In this document: positions 1 through 8,682 of the stretch, one piece after another | How positions within the stretch are numbered: position 1 is the stretch's first letter | Layout of the letters: each line of letters starts with the position of its first letter | Source of the DNA: an uncultured virus (IMG/VR IMGVR_UViG_3300003690_003362) | Taxonomy: Duplodnaviria; Heunggongvirae; Uroviricota; Caudoviricetes | Virus record (IMG/VR): IMGVR_UViG_3300003690_003362 | DNA: 64,000 bases | Strand: one strand, 5' to 3' | The notes under the pieces: generated by a model | Database searches by the model: none | What the model was told of the DNA's origin: nothing | What the model saw: the letters and a program-made list of their open reading frames with translations, nothing else | Program-made: the position numbers and the translations under genes

Positions 1-4
1 TATT

Positions 5-2449
5 TTAACCACATTTAGCATAACCACAACTTGTGCAAGTTACACAACCATCTTGATAAGTTAATCCCTCTAAGCCACACTCTGGACAACCTTTATCAGA
101 ATGAGCTTCTTCTCCATCTTGAATATAGTTTTTAAGAATTCTAGCTATGCAATGTGTAAAACTAAACATGTCATGATCTTTATCCTTCATTAATTGTTCT
201 ACTAACAATCTTGGTCGGGCGCCATGGCGCAAGCTTAAAGACATCATTCTTGTAAATGCTGAGTGATTCGGGTTGTCAAAAAGTCTAACGATGTCTCTAA
301 CTACAACTTCATCACCATTTTTTCCAAATTTTAAATCATAACGATTTGTTTTTGTTTTATAATGGTGTTTTGTAAGCATGCCTGAAATATAACTCTTTGG
401 TATCTCAATAAGGTTTGCAAGACCACCTAAAACCTCGTAGGGTTGATTTTCAAGCTTACCAACAAGAATTGTCCACTTTTCACCTTTAATTGTGGTATGG
501 TGAATATCGCATAATAATTCTTCTGGTCTTCTGGGCGCATCATTTTGTGGAAATATTTCTTCTTTTAGTTCTTTTTCTGTCACCAAAACGCCGCTTCGGG
601 AACCATCAACATATACCGTAATTCCTTTAAGGCCAGCTTTCCAGCCTTTGAAGTATAGTTCTCCAATAACTTCTGGAAGGGTATCTTTTGGCAAATTAAT
701 TGTTGAGCTAATAGCATGATCAATATGTTTTTGAATAATAGATTGAATTTCTATTCTCTTTTCCCAGTCAATGTTCGCACTCGTTACAAAAAATTCTGGT
801 GGTTTCTCTTCCTTGTTAAGATCAAGCCATTCTTGTACATTGTGGTGAAATACTTTATACTCTAACCATTTATCACCCAAATTGTCTATAAAATCAGCTT
901 CCACGCCAGTTTCATTGTGACTTAATTTTCTGCGACGAATATATGAATTACGAAAAACCGGCTCTAAGCCAGAACTAGTCTGAGACATAATTGAAACAGA
1001 ACCGGTCGGCGCATTTGTCAAGATGGAAATATTTCTACGTCCAAATTTGGCTATTTTTTCTTGAAGCTCTTTTGAAAGACTTTTTATAAAAAGATTATCT
1101 TTTTCTTTTTCCCAGTTAAAAACAGGAAAAGCGGAACGTTCTTTGGCCAATTCAACGCTTTCTTCATAGGCAGAAGTTTTTAATGTTTTATAAATCTCAT
1201 CAATAACTTTCAAAGCCGGTGCAGAATCATAAGCTAAATTAAGATTAGCAATTGCATCAGCTAGCCCATGGGTGCCCAGGCCTGTGCGTCGGCCGTTTTC
1301 ACAGGCATTTTTTAAGTTGCTCCATAATGCTTTTTCGTCTGGGGTGTCACATGCTTTAATAATTTTTTTTAGCTTTTCAATTTCAAGTTCTACTAAATCA
1401 TCGGACAATCTCATCCCAACCCTAACAACTTTTTTAAAGTGTTTAAAATCAAAGTAAGCTTTTTTAGTAAATTTGTTCTTAACAAAATGCTTTAAGTTGA
1501 TGGATATCAATCTGCAACTATCATATGCAGATAAAGGAATCTCTGAACAAGGGTTTGTACAAATAGTTTTAAAACCATCTTCAGAGTATGACTCTGCTGG
1601 TAAATAATTAATAATATTATCCCACATCAAAATTCCTGGTTCGGCTGTTTTAGTTGCGGATTCAACAATTAAATTCCATATATCTCGGGCCTCGACAATT
1701 TTGCCAACTTCATAATCAGACCCTTGCGTAGTGATAGGCCATCTTAAAGCAAAACTATTATTAAGTTCAACAGCTCTCATGAAATCATCAGTAATTCGTA
1801 TTGATACATTTGCACCAGTTACTCTTATAAGATCTTGTTTCATTGCGATAAACTTTTCTATGTCTGGGTGACGCACATCCATTGTGATCATTAAGGCGCC
1901 TCGCCTGCCATTTTGTCCAATCATTCTGCATACATAAGAATAAAAATCTGCAAACGACCATGCCCCAGTTGTCGTACCTGCTGAATTATTAACAGGGGTA
2001 TCTTCTGGTCTAAGATTAGAAAGGTCCAATCCAACACCACATCGACGTTTAAAAAGATTTGCCAGTTCTTTTCCGGCATCCATAATGGAAGAAATATTAT
2101 CTTTTGGGGATTCAATTACTACACAATTAGATAAAGAAATATTGACATAATTATTGCCAATCCCCGTCATTGGAGAACCTTGAGGTACAATATATTTAAA
2201 GTCTTTTAAAAGTTCATAAATTTCTTCTTCTGATAATTTTTTATTCCCTCCAAATTTTGTTTCAATTCTGGCAAATTCGCTCGATAATCGACGGTGCATG
2301 TCGTCTGGTGTTTCTTCAACAAAATTTCCTTGTTTGTCTTTGAGGGCATACTTCGTCATAAAAACATTTGTTGCTAATTCATCATTATTAAAATATTTTA
2401 ATGTTTTTTGTTTTACAAGCTTTTTTTTAACTAATGCTGCTTCTATCAT
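5..2449 (-). CDS. nrdJ: Class II (adenosylcobalamin-dependent) ribonucleotide reductase
   Basis: SLSNC, TNPCSEI radical-Cys motif, RRTGLG and NAPTGSVS motifs, C-terminal Zn-ribbon CPECG..CVTCTSCGYAKC; no small subunit adjacent within the window. Confidence 0.9.
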   Translation of the reverse strand: MIEAALVKKKLVKQKTLKYFNNDELATNVFMTKYALKDKQGNFVEETPDDMHRRLSSEFARIETKFGGNKKLSEEEIYELLKDFKYIVPQGSPMTGIGNNYVNISLSNCVVIESPKDNISSIMDAGKELANLFKRRCGVGLDLSNLRPEDTPVNNSAGTTTGAWSFADFYSYVCRMIGQNGRRGALMITMDVRHPDIEKFIAMKQDLIRVTGANVSIRITDDFMRAVELNNSFALRWPITTQGSDYEVGKIVEARDIWNLIVESATKTAEPGILMWDNIINYLPAESYSEDGFKTICTNPCSEIPLSAYDSCRLISINLKHFVKNKFTKKAYFDFKHFKKVVRVGMRLSDDLVELEIEKLKKIIKACDTPDEKALWSNLKNACENGRRTGLGTHGLADAIANLNLAYDSAPALKVIDEIYKTLKTSAYEESVELAKERSAFPVFNWEKEKDNLFIKSLSKELQEKIAKFGRRNISILTNAPTGSVSIMSQTSSGLEPVFRNSYIRRRKLSHNETGVEADFIDNLGDKWLEYKVFHHNVQEWLDLNKEEKPPEFFVTSANIDWEKRIEIQSIIQKHIDHAISSTINLPKDTLPEVIGELYFKGWKAGLKGITVYVDGSRSGVLVTEKELKEEIFPQNDAPRRPEELLCDIHHTTIKGEKWTILVGKLENQPYEVLGGLANLIEIPKSYISGMLTKHHYKTKTNRYDLKFGKNGDEVVVRDIVRLFDNPNHSAFTRMMSLSLRHGARPRLLVEQLMKDKDHDMFSFTHCIARILKNYIQDGEEAHSDKGCPECGLEGLTYQDGCVTCTSCGYAKCG

Positions 2450-3830
2450 TCCTTGCCTTCTTTTCTTTCCTAAATTTTTTATATTTCTCTTGTATATCTA
2501 TTGTTTGTTTTTTTAATATATTTTCTTTAATTTCAGTAAACGTTTCAATTTGTGGTAACACATCAATTTTTACATTAGCTGTGTCCATAAAAATTGGATA
2601 AACTAAACCATCGGGTCCATTTCTATTTTTTGCTATAAACATTCTTCCACCATTAGTGTTTCTATGTTCTACCGTTCTAGATAAAGACAATATAAAATCA
2701 GCAATAAAACATTTGTTGAACGCCTCAGAAATGGCCTCCATTGTTATTACTTCTGCATTTAAACCTGAACGGTTGGTTTGTGAAGCTGTCCAAATTGAAC
2801 ATTTAAGTTCTTGAGCCAAACTTCGTAACTCTTCATAAATAGATTCTAATTGATGTCTTTTCTCATCATTTGGTGATTTTGCACATAATAAATCTCCATA
2901 ATCAACAAGAATCACATCAGGAACGATACCGCGCTGTTGTAGCCTCTCTAGGTGATTTCGAATAGTGTTAACGCTAGCAGATTTCGTAGGATATTCTTTT
3001 ATAATTAATTGACCTTCTAGGTCTTTAATTTCTTCATAAATTTCATCTTTTTTATTAAAAAGTTCTATTAAGTTAATCCCAGTTATGCAACTATCGTAGC
3101 GCGAGGCAACAACTGTATCTGATAATTCTAATGTATAGTGAACTACTTTTTTTCCTTCTTTGATGGCGTGTGCTCCTAAATGTACTAAAACCATGGATTT
3201 TCCGGCGCCAGTGGGAGCAATAATTATACCAAGCTCTCCACTTCCTAAACCTCCTTTACATAAATTATCTATTATTTTCCAGCCCGTTGATAATGGATTT
3301 CTGGCCTCAATCTTAAATCGTTTTTCAAAATCTTTAATATATAGATATCCGTGATCATTATTAATCCCCAACTTCATTGCATCGTTAATCAATTTTTGTA
3401 CATTATCAAAAGATGATTTTTTAAGCAAGGGTATAGATTTTAAAATTGCTTCTTTAAGAACCTGTTTCTTGCAAAAATCAATTGTAGTATTTTTTATATA
3501 TTCTACATCTTGAACTTCTGTCCTTATCATTCTTGCAAAAAAGTCTCTTACTTGTCTTTGAACTAGTTCGTTCTCACCAGAAATGTCACTTCGTAGAATT
3601 GTTGTCATGATCTCTACAGAAGGGTGTGTCTTGTATTTTTCTTTATAATCAAATATTTTTTTAACAAAAACTCTTAAGTATCGTAATTCTAGAAAATCGA
3701 TATTTAGTACTTCTTTAATTTGGTCTGAAAAGGGTCTATCAATCAAAATAAGTTGACACATATTTTCTTGAAAAGATTTGCCAAATTGAGAAAAATCTTC
3801 TTTTTCGTTATAATTCAATATAACCTCCAA
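2427..3830 (-). CDS. Replicative DNA helicase, DnaB/T4 gp41-like
   Basis: Walker A APTGAGKS, YTLEL, ILVDYGDLL, WTASQTNR, KNRNG motifs. Confidence 0.9.
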   Translation of the reverse strand: MEVILNYNEKEDFSQFGKSFQENMCQLILIDRPFSDQIKEVLNIDFLELRYLRVFVKKIFDYKEKYKTHPSVEIMTTILRSDISGENELVQRQVRDFFARMIRTEVQDVEYIKNTTIDFCKKQVLKEAILKSIPLLKKSSFDNVQKLINDAMKLGINNDHGYLYIKDFEKRFKIEARNPLSTGWKIIDNLCKGGLGSGELGIIIAPTGAGKSMVLVHLGAHAIKEGKKVVHYTLELSDTVVASRYDSCITGINLIELFNKKDEIYEEIKDLEGQLIIKEYPTKSASVNTIRNHLERLQQRGIVPDVILVDYGDLLCAKSPNDEKRHQLESIYEELRSLAQELKCSIWTASQTNRSGLNAEVITMEAISEAFNKCFIADFILSLSRTVEHRNTNGGRMFIAKNRNGPDGLVYPIFMDTANVKIDVLPQIETFTEIKENILKKQTIDIQEKYKKFRKEKKARNDRSSIS

Positions 3831-3836
3831 GATTAT

Positions 3837-3866
3837 ATTTTACCACCTTTAAAGGGAATATGTCAA
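3837..3866 (-). promoter_or_regulatory. Sigma70-like promoter for helicase/nrdJ
   Basis: TTGACA-18nt-TAAAAT with extended TG, upstream of GGAGG RBS. Confidence 0.65.
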
Positions 3867-3881
3867 GAACAGTTTTATTAT

Positions 3882-4223
3882 TTATTTCCATACTATTTGT
3901 ATTCCAACAATAACAACTGATAATAGTAAACAAATTAAAGTTTTAGGCGCTAATATACTTTCTTTTAAAAGCATATATGTTAATATGGCGAAAACAACAT
4001 TGGAGATACCAAAGCCAATAAGTTTGGATGTCCACAAGAGACTCGTGTCTTCCATGATATATTTAATAGCATACCAAAAACACAGGCCCATGGGAATTGC
4101 AAAAATAACATTAGACAATATTGGACGATTTTCCCACCATTCCCAAACAAACTGAGAATTGAATTGGAACCATGCTAAAATATTTCCAACTGTAAAAAGT
4201 AATATGCCTATTGTTGTTTTCAT
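3882..4223 (-). CDS. Small 4-TM membrane protein (SMR/DMT-like size)
   Basis: 113 aa, four hydrophobic segments, AAGGAG RBS. Confidence 0.6.
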   Translation of the reverse strand: MKTTIGILLFTVGNILAWFQFNSQFVWEWWENRPILSNVIFAIPMGLCFWYAIKYIMEDTSLLWTSKLIGFGISNVVFAILTYMLLKESILAPKTLICLLLSVVIVGIQIVWK

Positions 4224-4239
4224 TTTCTCCTTTTAAAAG

Positions 4240-4312
4240 TACTCCCGGCAGGACTCGAACCTGCGACTGGGCGGTTATGAGCCGCTTGCTCTACCAACTG
4301 AGCTACGGGAGT
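4240..4312 (-). tRNA. tRNA with CAT anticodon, probably tRNA-Ile2 (lysidine-modified, reads AUA)
   Basis: Cloverleaf ACTCCCG/CGGGAGT-A, loop CTCATAA, GGTTCGAGTCC T-arm; C4:G69 and C5:G68 as in Ile2 tRNAs; CCA not encoded. Confidence 0.9.
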
Positions 4313-4325
4313 GTACCATAATAAT

Positions 4326-4354
4326 ATACTACTCCATTTAGATTTAAATGTCAA
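4326..4354 (-). promoter_or_regulatory. Sigma70-like promoter for tRNA-Ile2
   Basis: TTGACA-17nt-TAGTAT. Confidence 0.65.
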
Positions 4355-4422
4355 CCTTTTTGTCCTTTTCTTTTTCTTTTTTTTAATGGTATTTGGCTCT
4401 GAAGTTAATTAACTTTAATCTA

Positions 4423-4743
4423 TTATATAGTAAATGATGAGCCACAGCCACAAGTGCCGGTAGCATTGGGATTCTCAAAGTGAAATCCGGTAAACTGAAA
4501 AGATTCAATGTAGTCGACTTTGGTGCCATTAAGATACTGAAGGCTCATGGGGTCGATAAAGATGTTGAGTCCCTTTTCTTCCAGCACAAAATCGGTAGGT
4601 TGCTGAACATCATCAAAGTCCAGATTATATGTGAAACCCGAACAGCCACCGCCAACTACCATAATTCGCAAGTTATAGTTTGCTAAATTTTGTTTAATAG
4701 CCATTTCTTGCACTTTTGCAATTGCTTTTGTTGTGATATTCAT
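4423..4743 (-). CDS. iscA: Iron-sulfur cluster A-type carrier (IscA/ErpA/HesB family)
   Basis: GGGCSG, NPNA and CGCGSSF signature motifs; 106 aa. Confidence 0.92.
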   Translation of the reverse strand: MNITTKAIAKVQEMAIKQNLANYNLRIMVVGGGCSGFTYNLDFDDVQQPTDFVLEEKGLNIFIDPMSLQYLNGTKVDYIESFQFTGFHFENPNATGTCGCGSSFTI

Positions 4744-4814
4744 CTTATTATAATTAGTTTTTCTTTATATAATCCCAAAGTAAAAATGGCGCTGCAGCTA
4801 TTATTGTGCCCATT

Positions 4815-5879
4815 TTAAACCTCATTAAATAGCATATCATTAAAGTAGGACATATAAGATGTATATTCTTTTCCGTAAATAGCATACATCGCTGCTGCCA
4901 CACTGCTTAATAAAGAATTTCCATCTTGCGGAGTAAAACAAAAGCCAGTTATTGTTGTTTGACCATTGTTTCTCCCGGTGTGAAGAGTGGGTAAAGAAAC
5001 AACTGTATGATTAAATATTCGGCCATAATAGCCATGATCACGACCAAAGGAAAAAACTTTATTTGCTAAGTTTTTATGTGTAGTGGCAACAAATTTATTA
5101 TTTTTAAATTTATCAAGTATATCACCTTCAGTTGCATACTTTCTAATGTGTATATTAAATCTAATAGTGTGCATATATTGGGTGTTGACTTTAAGTGCGC
5201 TTGAAAATATATTTGGATGCTCGTACATTGTTGCAAATAAATCATATGCATCTTTTGCGTGATGAGTTCCAAAAGACTTATTTTTGTGCTTTCCAACTTC
5301 CGGCGAAGCAATAAAACTACCATTTTGGCTAATGTCGTTTGCACGACGTATACATGTAAAATCTCCATAATGAAGATCTATTATGGTGGGACAAATTGTT
5401 TTTATTAAAGAAGCAATATTGTGTGTATTGCAACTAACCACTTGAACAAATTGAGAATCCGATTCTAAAAGTGCTTTATCGTTAATGCCATGTGCATATG
5501 GCAATCCAAATCCTTTTTCGCTTCCTTGTGCTATAAAAAATTTCTTTTTATTTTTTTCTAAAAGGGGTAGATAGTGTTCTTTTTTAGCGAGATTTCCCGC
5601 AGGAGTACAATCAATAACCACATCGCACAACTTTAAAGCAGCTTGATAGTTTAAAACCGGTTCGTGACCTAACTCTTGAAAAGCTTCAACACGTTCTGGA
5701 TCTACAACTAAGTTTGATCCACGATTAATTAAACTATTAACCTTAGCAACTTCATCAATTAGTGGAGTTCTTTTATGAAAGAATATGTCAATTCCCAACT
5801 TGTCTTTAAAATCTGAAAGCAATCCAATTAGGGGCTCACCAATTGTTCCAGTACCAATCACTAAAACACTTTTTTTCAT
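4815..5879 (-). CDS. Archaeal-type (class II) glyceraldehyde-3-phosphate dehydrogenase-like protein
   Basis: Rossmann GTGTIG, DCTP, QGSEK, catalytic VVSCNT, RRAND, THHAKD, MH motifs matching the archaeal GAPDH pattern. Confidence 0.7.
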   Translation of the reverse strand: MKKSVLVIGTGTIGEPLIGLLSDFKDKLGIDIFFHKRTPLIDEVAKVNSLINRGSNLVVDPERVEAFQELGHEPVLNYQAALKLCDVVIDCTPAGNLAKKEHYLPLLEKNKKKFFIAQGSEKGFGLPYAHGINDKALLESDSQFVQVVSCNTHNIASLIKTICPTIIDLHYGDFTCIRRANDISQNGSFIASPEVGKHKNKSFGTHHAKDAYDLFATMYEHPNIFSSALKVNTQYMHTIRFNIHIRKYATEGDILDKFKNNKFVATTHKNLANKVFSFGRDHGYYGRIFNHTVVSLPTLHTGRNNGQTTITGFCFTPQDGNSLLSSVAAAMYAIYGKEYTSYMSYFNDMLFNEV

Positions 5880-5907
5880 ACTTACCTCCTTAAAATAAGT
5901 TTATAAG

Positions 5908-6097
5908 TACCTGGGGATAGATTTGAACTACCGACCTCCGTCTCGTACATAGATCCGTGGCTAAAACAATTATCCACGTTTCGGCATCGCCATTGCGGTC
6001 ATCCACACATCGAAGTGATCTTCTTCGTGTTTACATATGTGGCGCAACCAATGCGTCCTACTAAACGGCGCTCTTAACCAGACTGAGCTACCCAGGC
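5908..6097 (-). ncRNA. tRNA-like RNA with a 121-nt structured loop in place of the 7-nt anticodon loop
   Basis: Acceptor GCCTGGG/CCCAGGT-A, D-arm GCTC..GAGC, anticodon stem CCGTT/GACGG, variable AGGTC, T-arm GGTAG-TTCAAAT-CTATC; insert 5943-6063 folds into nested hairpins. Confidence 0.8.
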
Positions 6098-6118
6098 ATG
6101 TTTTAAAGAACCAAAATC

Positions 6119-6147
6119 ATAGTAGCATTTTGTTCTTATTCTGTCAA
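6119..6147 (-). promoter_or_regulatory. Sigma70-like promoter directly upstream of the tRNA-like RNA
   Basis: TTGACA-17nt-TACTAT with extended TG. Confidence 0.7.
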
Positions 6148-6160
6148 GTATTTTTTAGAA

Positions 6161-6796
6161 TTAAATGATATCATCAACTAAACCGTATTGTAAACAGGTT
6201 TTTGCATCGAACCACAGATCATGTTTCAATATTTGATTTAATTTTCTTTTAGGGATTTTTGTATATTCTTCGTACACCTTTTTAATAGTGGCCATCAATA
6301 CATCACAATTTTTCATCTCATCTTTCATATGCTCATAGGATCCCCACATACCAGAAGATAACTGATGAATTAACATAAAAGAGTTTTCATTTATTAAACG
6401 TTGATTGGCAACCAAACTAATTAAGGTTGCTGCGCTTGCAGCACAGCCATCAACAATAGAGACTACAGGTATTTCAGATTTTTTAATGTAATCCATTGCC
6501 GTTAAACCAGCAAACACGCTTCCACCATAACTGCTTATATGCAAATAAATGTTAACTATCTCGCTATTTAATCTTTTAGCGTTATTTATAATTTCTATAT
6601 TTAAAGCTCTAAGTTCTTTATTTAAATCTAATATTTTAGGGCGAGTAATTTCAGAATAAAAATAAATTCTATTATCAACACGCTCAATTCTATCATCAGA
6701 ATCAGCCGAATCTGAAATAAGTAAAATATTGCTCGTGTCTAAAGCTTCTTCTGAAGCCTCATTGACTTTACCGCCTAGCCAATAAAAATCTTTCAT
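6161..6796 (-). CDS. clpP: ClpP-family protease subunit
   Basis: SYGGSV, AASAA (catalytic Ser), MLIHQLS (His), DLWFDAKTCLQYGLVD. Confidence 0.85.
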   Translation of the reverse strand: MKDFYWLGGKVNEASEEALDTSNILLISDSADSDDRIERVDNRIYFYSEITRPKILDLNKELRALNIEIINNAKRLNSEIVNIYLHISSYGGSVFAGLTAMDYIKKSEIPVVSIVDGCAASAATLISLVANQRLINENSFMLIHQLSSGMWGSYEHMKDEMKNCDVLMATIKKVYEEYTKIPKRKLNQILKHDLWFDAKTCLQYGLVDDII

Positions 6797-6843
6797 TAAA
6801 TTTCCTTTTTTCGTTTATAAAACTAAATTGTTTTTAGCTATAG

Positions 6844-6917
6844 CACCCTCGGCAGGACTCGAACCTGCGACCCTCGGCTTAGAAGGCCGATGCTCTATCC
6901 GGCTGAGCTACGAGGGC
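6844..6917 (-). tRNA. tRNA-Arg(TCT)
   Basis: GCCCTCG/CGAGGGT-G acceptor, TCGGC-CTTCTAA-GCCGA anticodon arm, A20 in D loop, canonical T-arm. Confidence 0.95.
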
Positions 6918-6925
6918 ATTTTTTA

Positions 6926-7177
6926 TTATTTAAAAACACGCTCCTTGGCCGTAGAAAACAGTCTGGGCAAAAAAGACTTTTTGAGACTAAGGAGTCTGTC
7001 AAATCTAGCTTGCTGGCGTGCGTTTGTATAAAGAAATGTTGGTGTTCGGATTTCACCGTCAATCAACTGTTCTTCAAAATCGTAAAATTTTGATTTTTCA
7101 TTGCTATTTGGTGGCACGGCGCCAACATTAAGAGCAATGCTTGCAAAAATTGTAATTAAAAAAATTCTAAGTTTCAT
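6926..7177 (-). CDS. Small secreted protein resembling gliding-motility CglF/GltF family
   Basis: Signal peptide then YDFEEQLIDGEIRTPTFLYTNARQQARFDRLLSLKKSFLPRL, matching the remembered DF...IEGE..KP..Y...R....F..L...R..F.P.L pattern. Confidence 0.6.
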   Translation of the reverse strand: MKLRIFLITIFASIALNVGAVPPNSNEKSKFYDFEEQLIDGEIRTPTFLYTNARQQARFDRLLSLKKSFLPRLFSTAKERVFK

Positions 7178-7226
7178 AACTTTTCTCCTTTTTGTACTAT
7201 TATAGTATCACAGACATATACAAAAT

Positions 7227-8345
7227 TCAAGCTATTTGTGAAGTTTTTTGTATATCGGCCTGAGCAACCATATTAAAATACTTTTCAACTTCATCAAGCT
7301 TGGAGATATCAAGTATTTGTAATATTTCAATCAAAGAAGGATTTCCTAAAATATTAGGATCTTGAGCTTTCATTAGTTTCAATAAAAAATTTTGATTAAT
7401 TTCGCCGTTAGCGTCTATTTCTTGAGGATATTGTTCAGCTACGACGTCCTTAAGTCTTAACATTTTCGCGTAGAATTCATGGTCAGAAGTTAAATAATCA
7501 TAACGCTCTTGAGAAAATCCAGTTTCTGATCGCGGTAAAAATATATCTAACTCAACGGCTGCTTGTTTTTGAAGAGCAGACATTGGAATTGTTGTTCTTG
7601 AAAGATTATAATCAATAGCATGATAAAGTTCTTCCCTAATGCTATCTTCAAGCTCAGCCCACCCCCAACTGCCATAGGCATATGGGTTAATAATTATTTT
7701 GTTTGATTCTTCATCATAAGCCGCGTCCACTTGGCCGCCGCTTTGTCGAGCGCCGGGATAAAATGTTCGATACATCCTATCTGAATGTGTGCCCTCGTTA
7801 ATTAATTCAACTGATACGCTATCTATAATTTTTAATATATCCTCTTTTAAAACATCGTATTTTTGCAAAATTTGTTCGGGGGTTTGGTCTTTAAACCTAT
7901 CCATGTTTTGTATAAATCTAACAAAAGACTGCTTTCTTTGCTCGCTTAAATATTCAAGCGCAATCTTGTTTTTTATTCTCTGCTCCAAATTGGCGATGCG
8001 CACAGAAAAAGCCCCAGCCTCTGGATGCGCTGCTTGAGGGTACGCTATATTAAAGGCCCTTAGAAAAGAATCTTTCATTGAACTTACTTGTTGAGTTTGT
8101 GCGGCTACAGGCGTGTCTGCGGCGGGCGCGGCTGCTTGAACCGTGGCTGGGCCCACAAGAGAACCAGCCGCAATTGCAGCAGCAGTTAACCATGGCACAG
8201 CTTTTCTGCCCAGTCTTTTTAAGAATTCTGCTTCGTTAATTTTTCCCTCTAAGAAAAGCTGCACATCTTTTTCGTTTTTTTCGAACAAGGTCTTTATTAG
8301 TTCTTCTCTTATTATTTTTTGAAGTCTACTCTTTTTTATTATCAT
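7227..8345 (-). CDS. Putative virion-internal protein with N-terminal IIxEEL tag, signal-like segment and degenerate zincin-like motif
   Basis: Likely start MIIKKSRLQKIIREEL at 8345 below a late-type motif; EELYHAID and downstream EFYA. Confidence 0.6.
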   Translation of the reverse strand: MIIKKSRLQKIIREELIKTLFEKNEKDVQLFLEGKINEAEFLKRLGRKAVPWLTAAAIAAGSLVGPATVQAAAPAADTPVAAQTQQVSSMKDSFLRAFNIAYPQAAHPEAGAFSVRIANLEQRIKNKIALEYLSEQRKQSFVRFIQNMDRFKDQTPEQILQKYDVLKEDILKIIDSVSVELINEGTHSDRMYRTFYPGARQSGGQVDAAYDEESNKIIINPYAYGSWGWAELEDSIREELYHAIDYNLSRTTIPMSALQKQAAVELDIFLPRSETGFSQERYDYLTSDHEFYAKMLRLKDVVAEQYPQEIDANGEINQNFLLKLMKAQDPNILGNPSLIEILQILDISKLDEVEKYFNMVAQADIQKTSQIA

Positions 8346-8397
8346 AAATTTTGCCTTTGAAATAATTAGTTCCTTGGGTTGCAAATAATATTTATTT

Positions 8398-8682
8398 TTA
8401 ATAACAGTAGCTTTCTGTAATTTTCCAATTACAGTAGTGATGGTCGTAACACCATACCTCTTCACAAATCCCACCATCATCATAAAATTGATAATAACAA
8501 CAGTCAGAACCACAATAATAAGCGGCGCCGCTGGAATAAGGCGAAACGTTGTTTACGCAAATGTGAGTACCTTTGCTGGTTGGAACACCAATCGGGTGCA
8601 CCCCTATTTCGCAGCCCACAAGCAAAAAAACAAATAGAGTAATTAACAGGGTAATAACTAATAAACTAATTAACTTTTTCAT
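8398..8682 (-). CDS. Cys-rich lipoprotein
   Basis: MKK + hydrophobic stretch + LVGC lipobox; 8 further Cys. Confidence 0.6.
   Translation of the reverse strand: MKKLISLLVITLLITLFVFLLVGCEIGVHPIGVPTSKGTHICVNNVSPYSSGAAYYCGSDCCYYQFYDDGGICEEVWCYDHHYCNWKITESYCY

Noticed and set aside
4740..4813. 24-codon ORF MGTIIAAAPFLLWDY.. between GAPDH-like and iscA
   Set aside because: Too short to support; could be a remnant
5943..6063. Group I intron or tmRNA interpretation of the tRNA insert
   Set aside because: Too short for a group I core, no recognisable P7; tmRNA lacks a D stem and needs a G3:U70 Ala acceptor and tag ORF
8346..8513. Long N-terminal extension of the 7227 ORF
   Set aside because: Overlaps the lipoprotein gene; tag motif and upstream late motif point to a start at 8345
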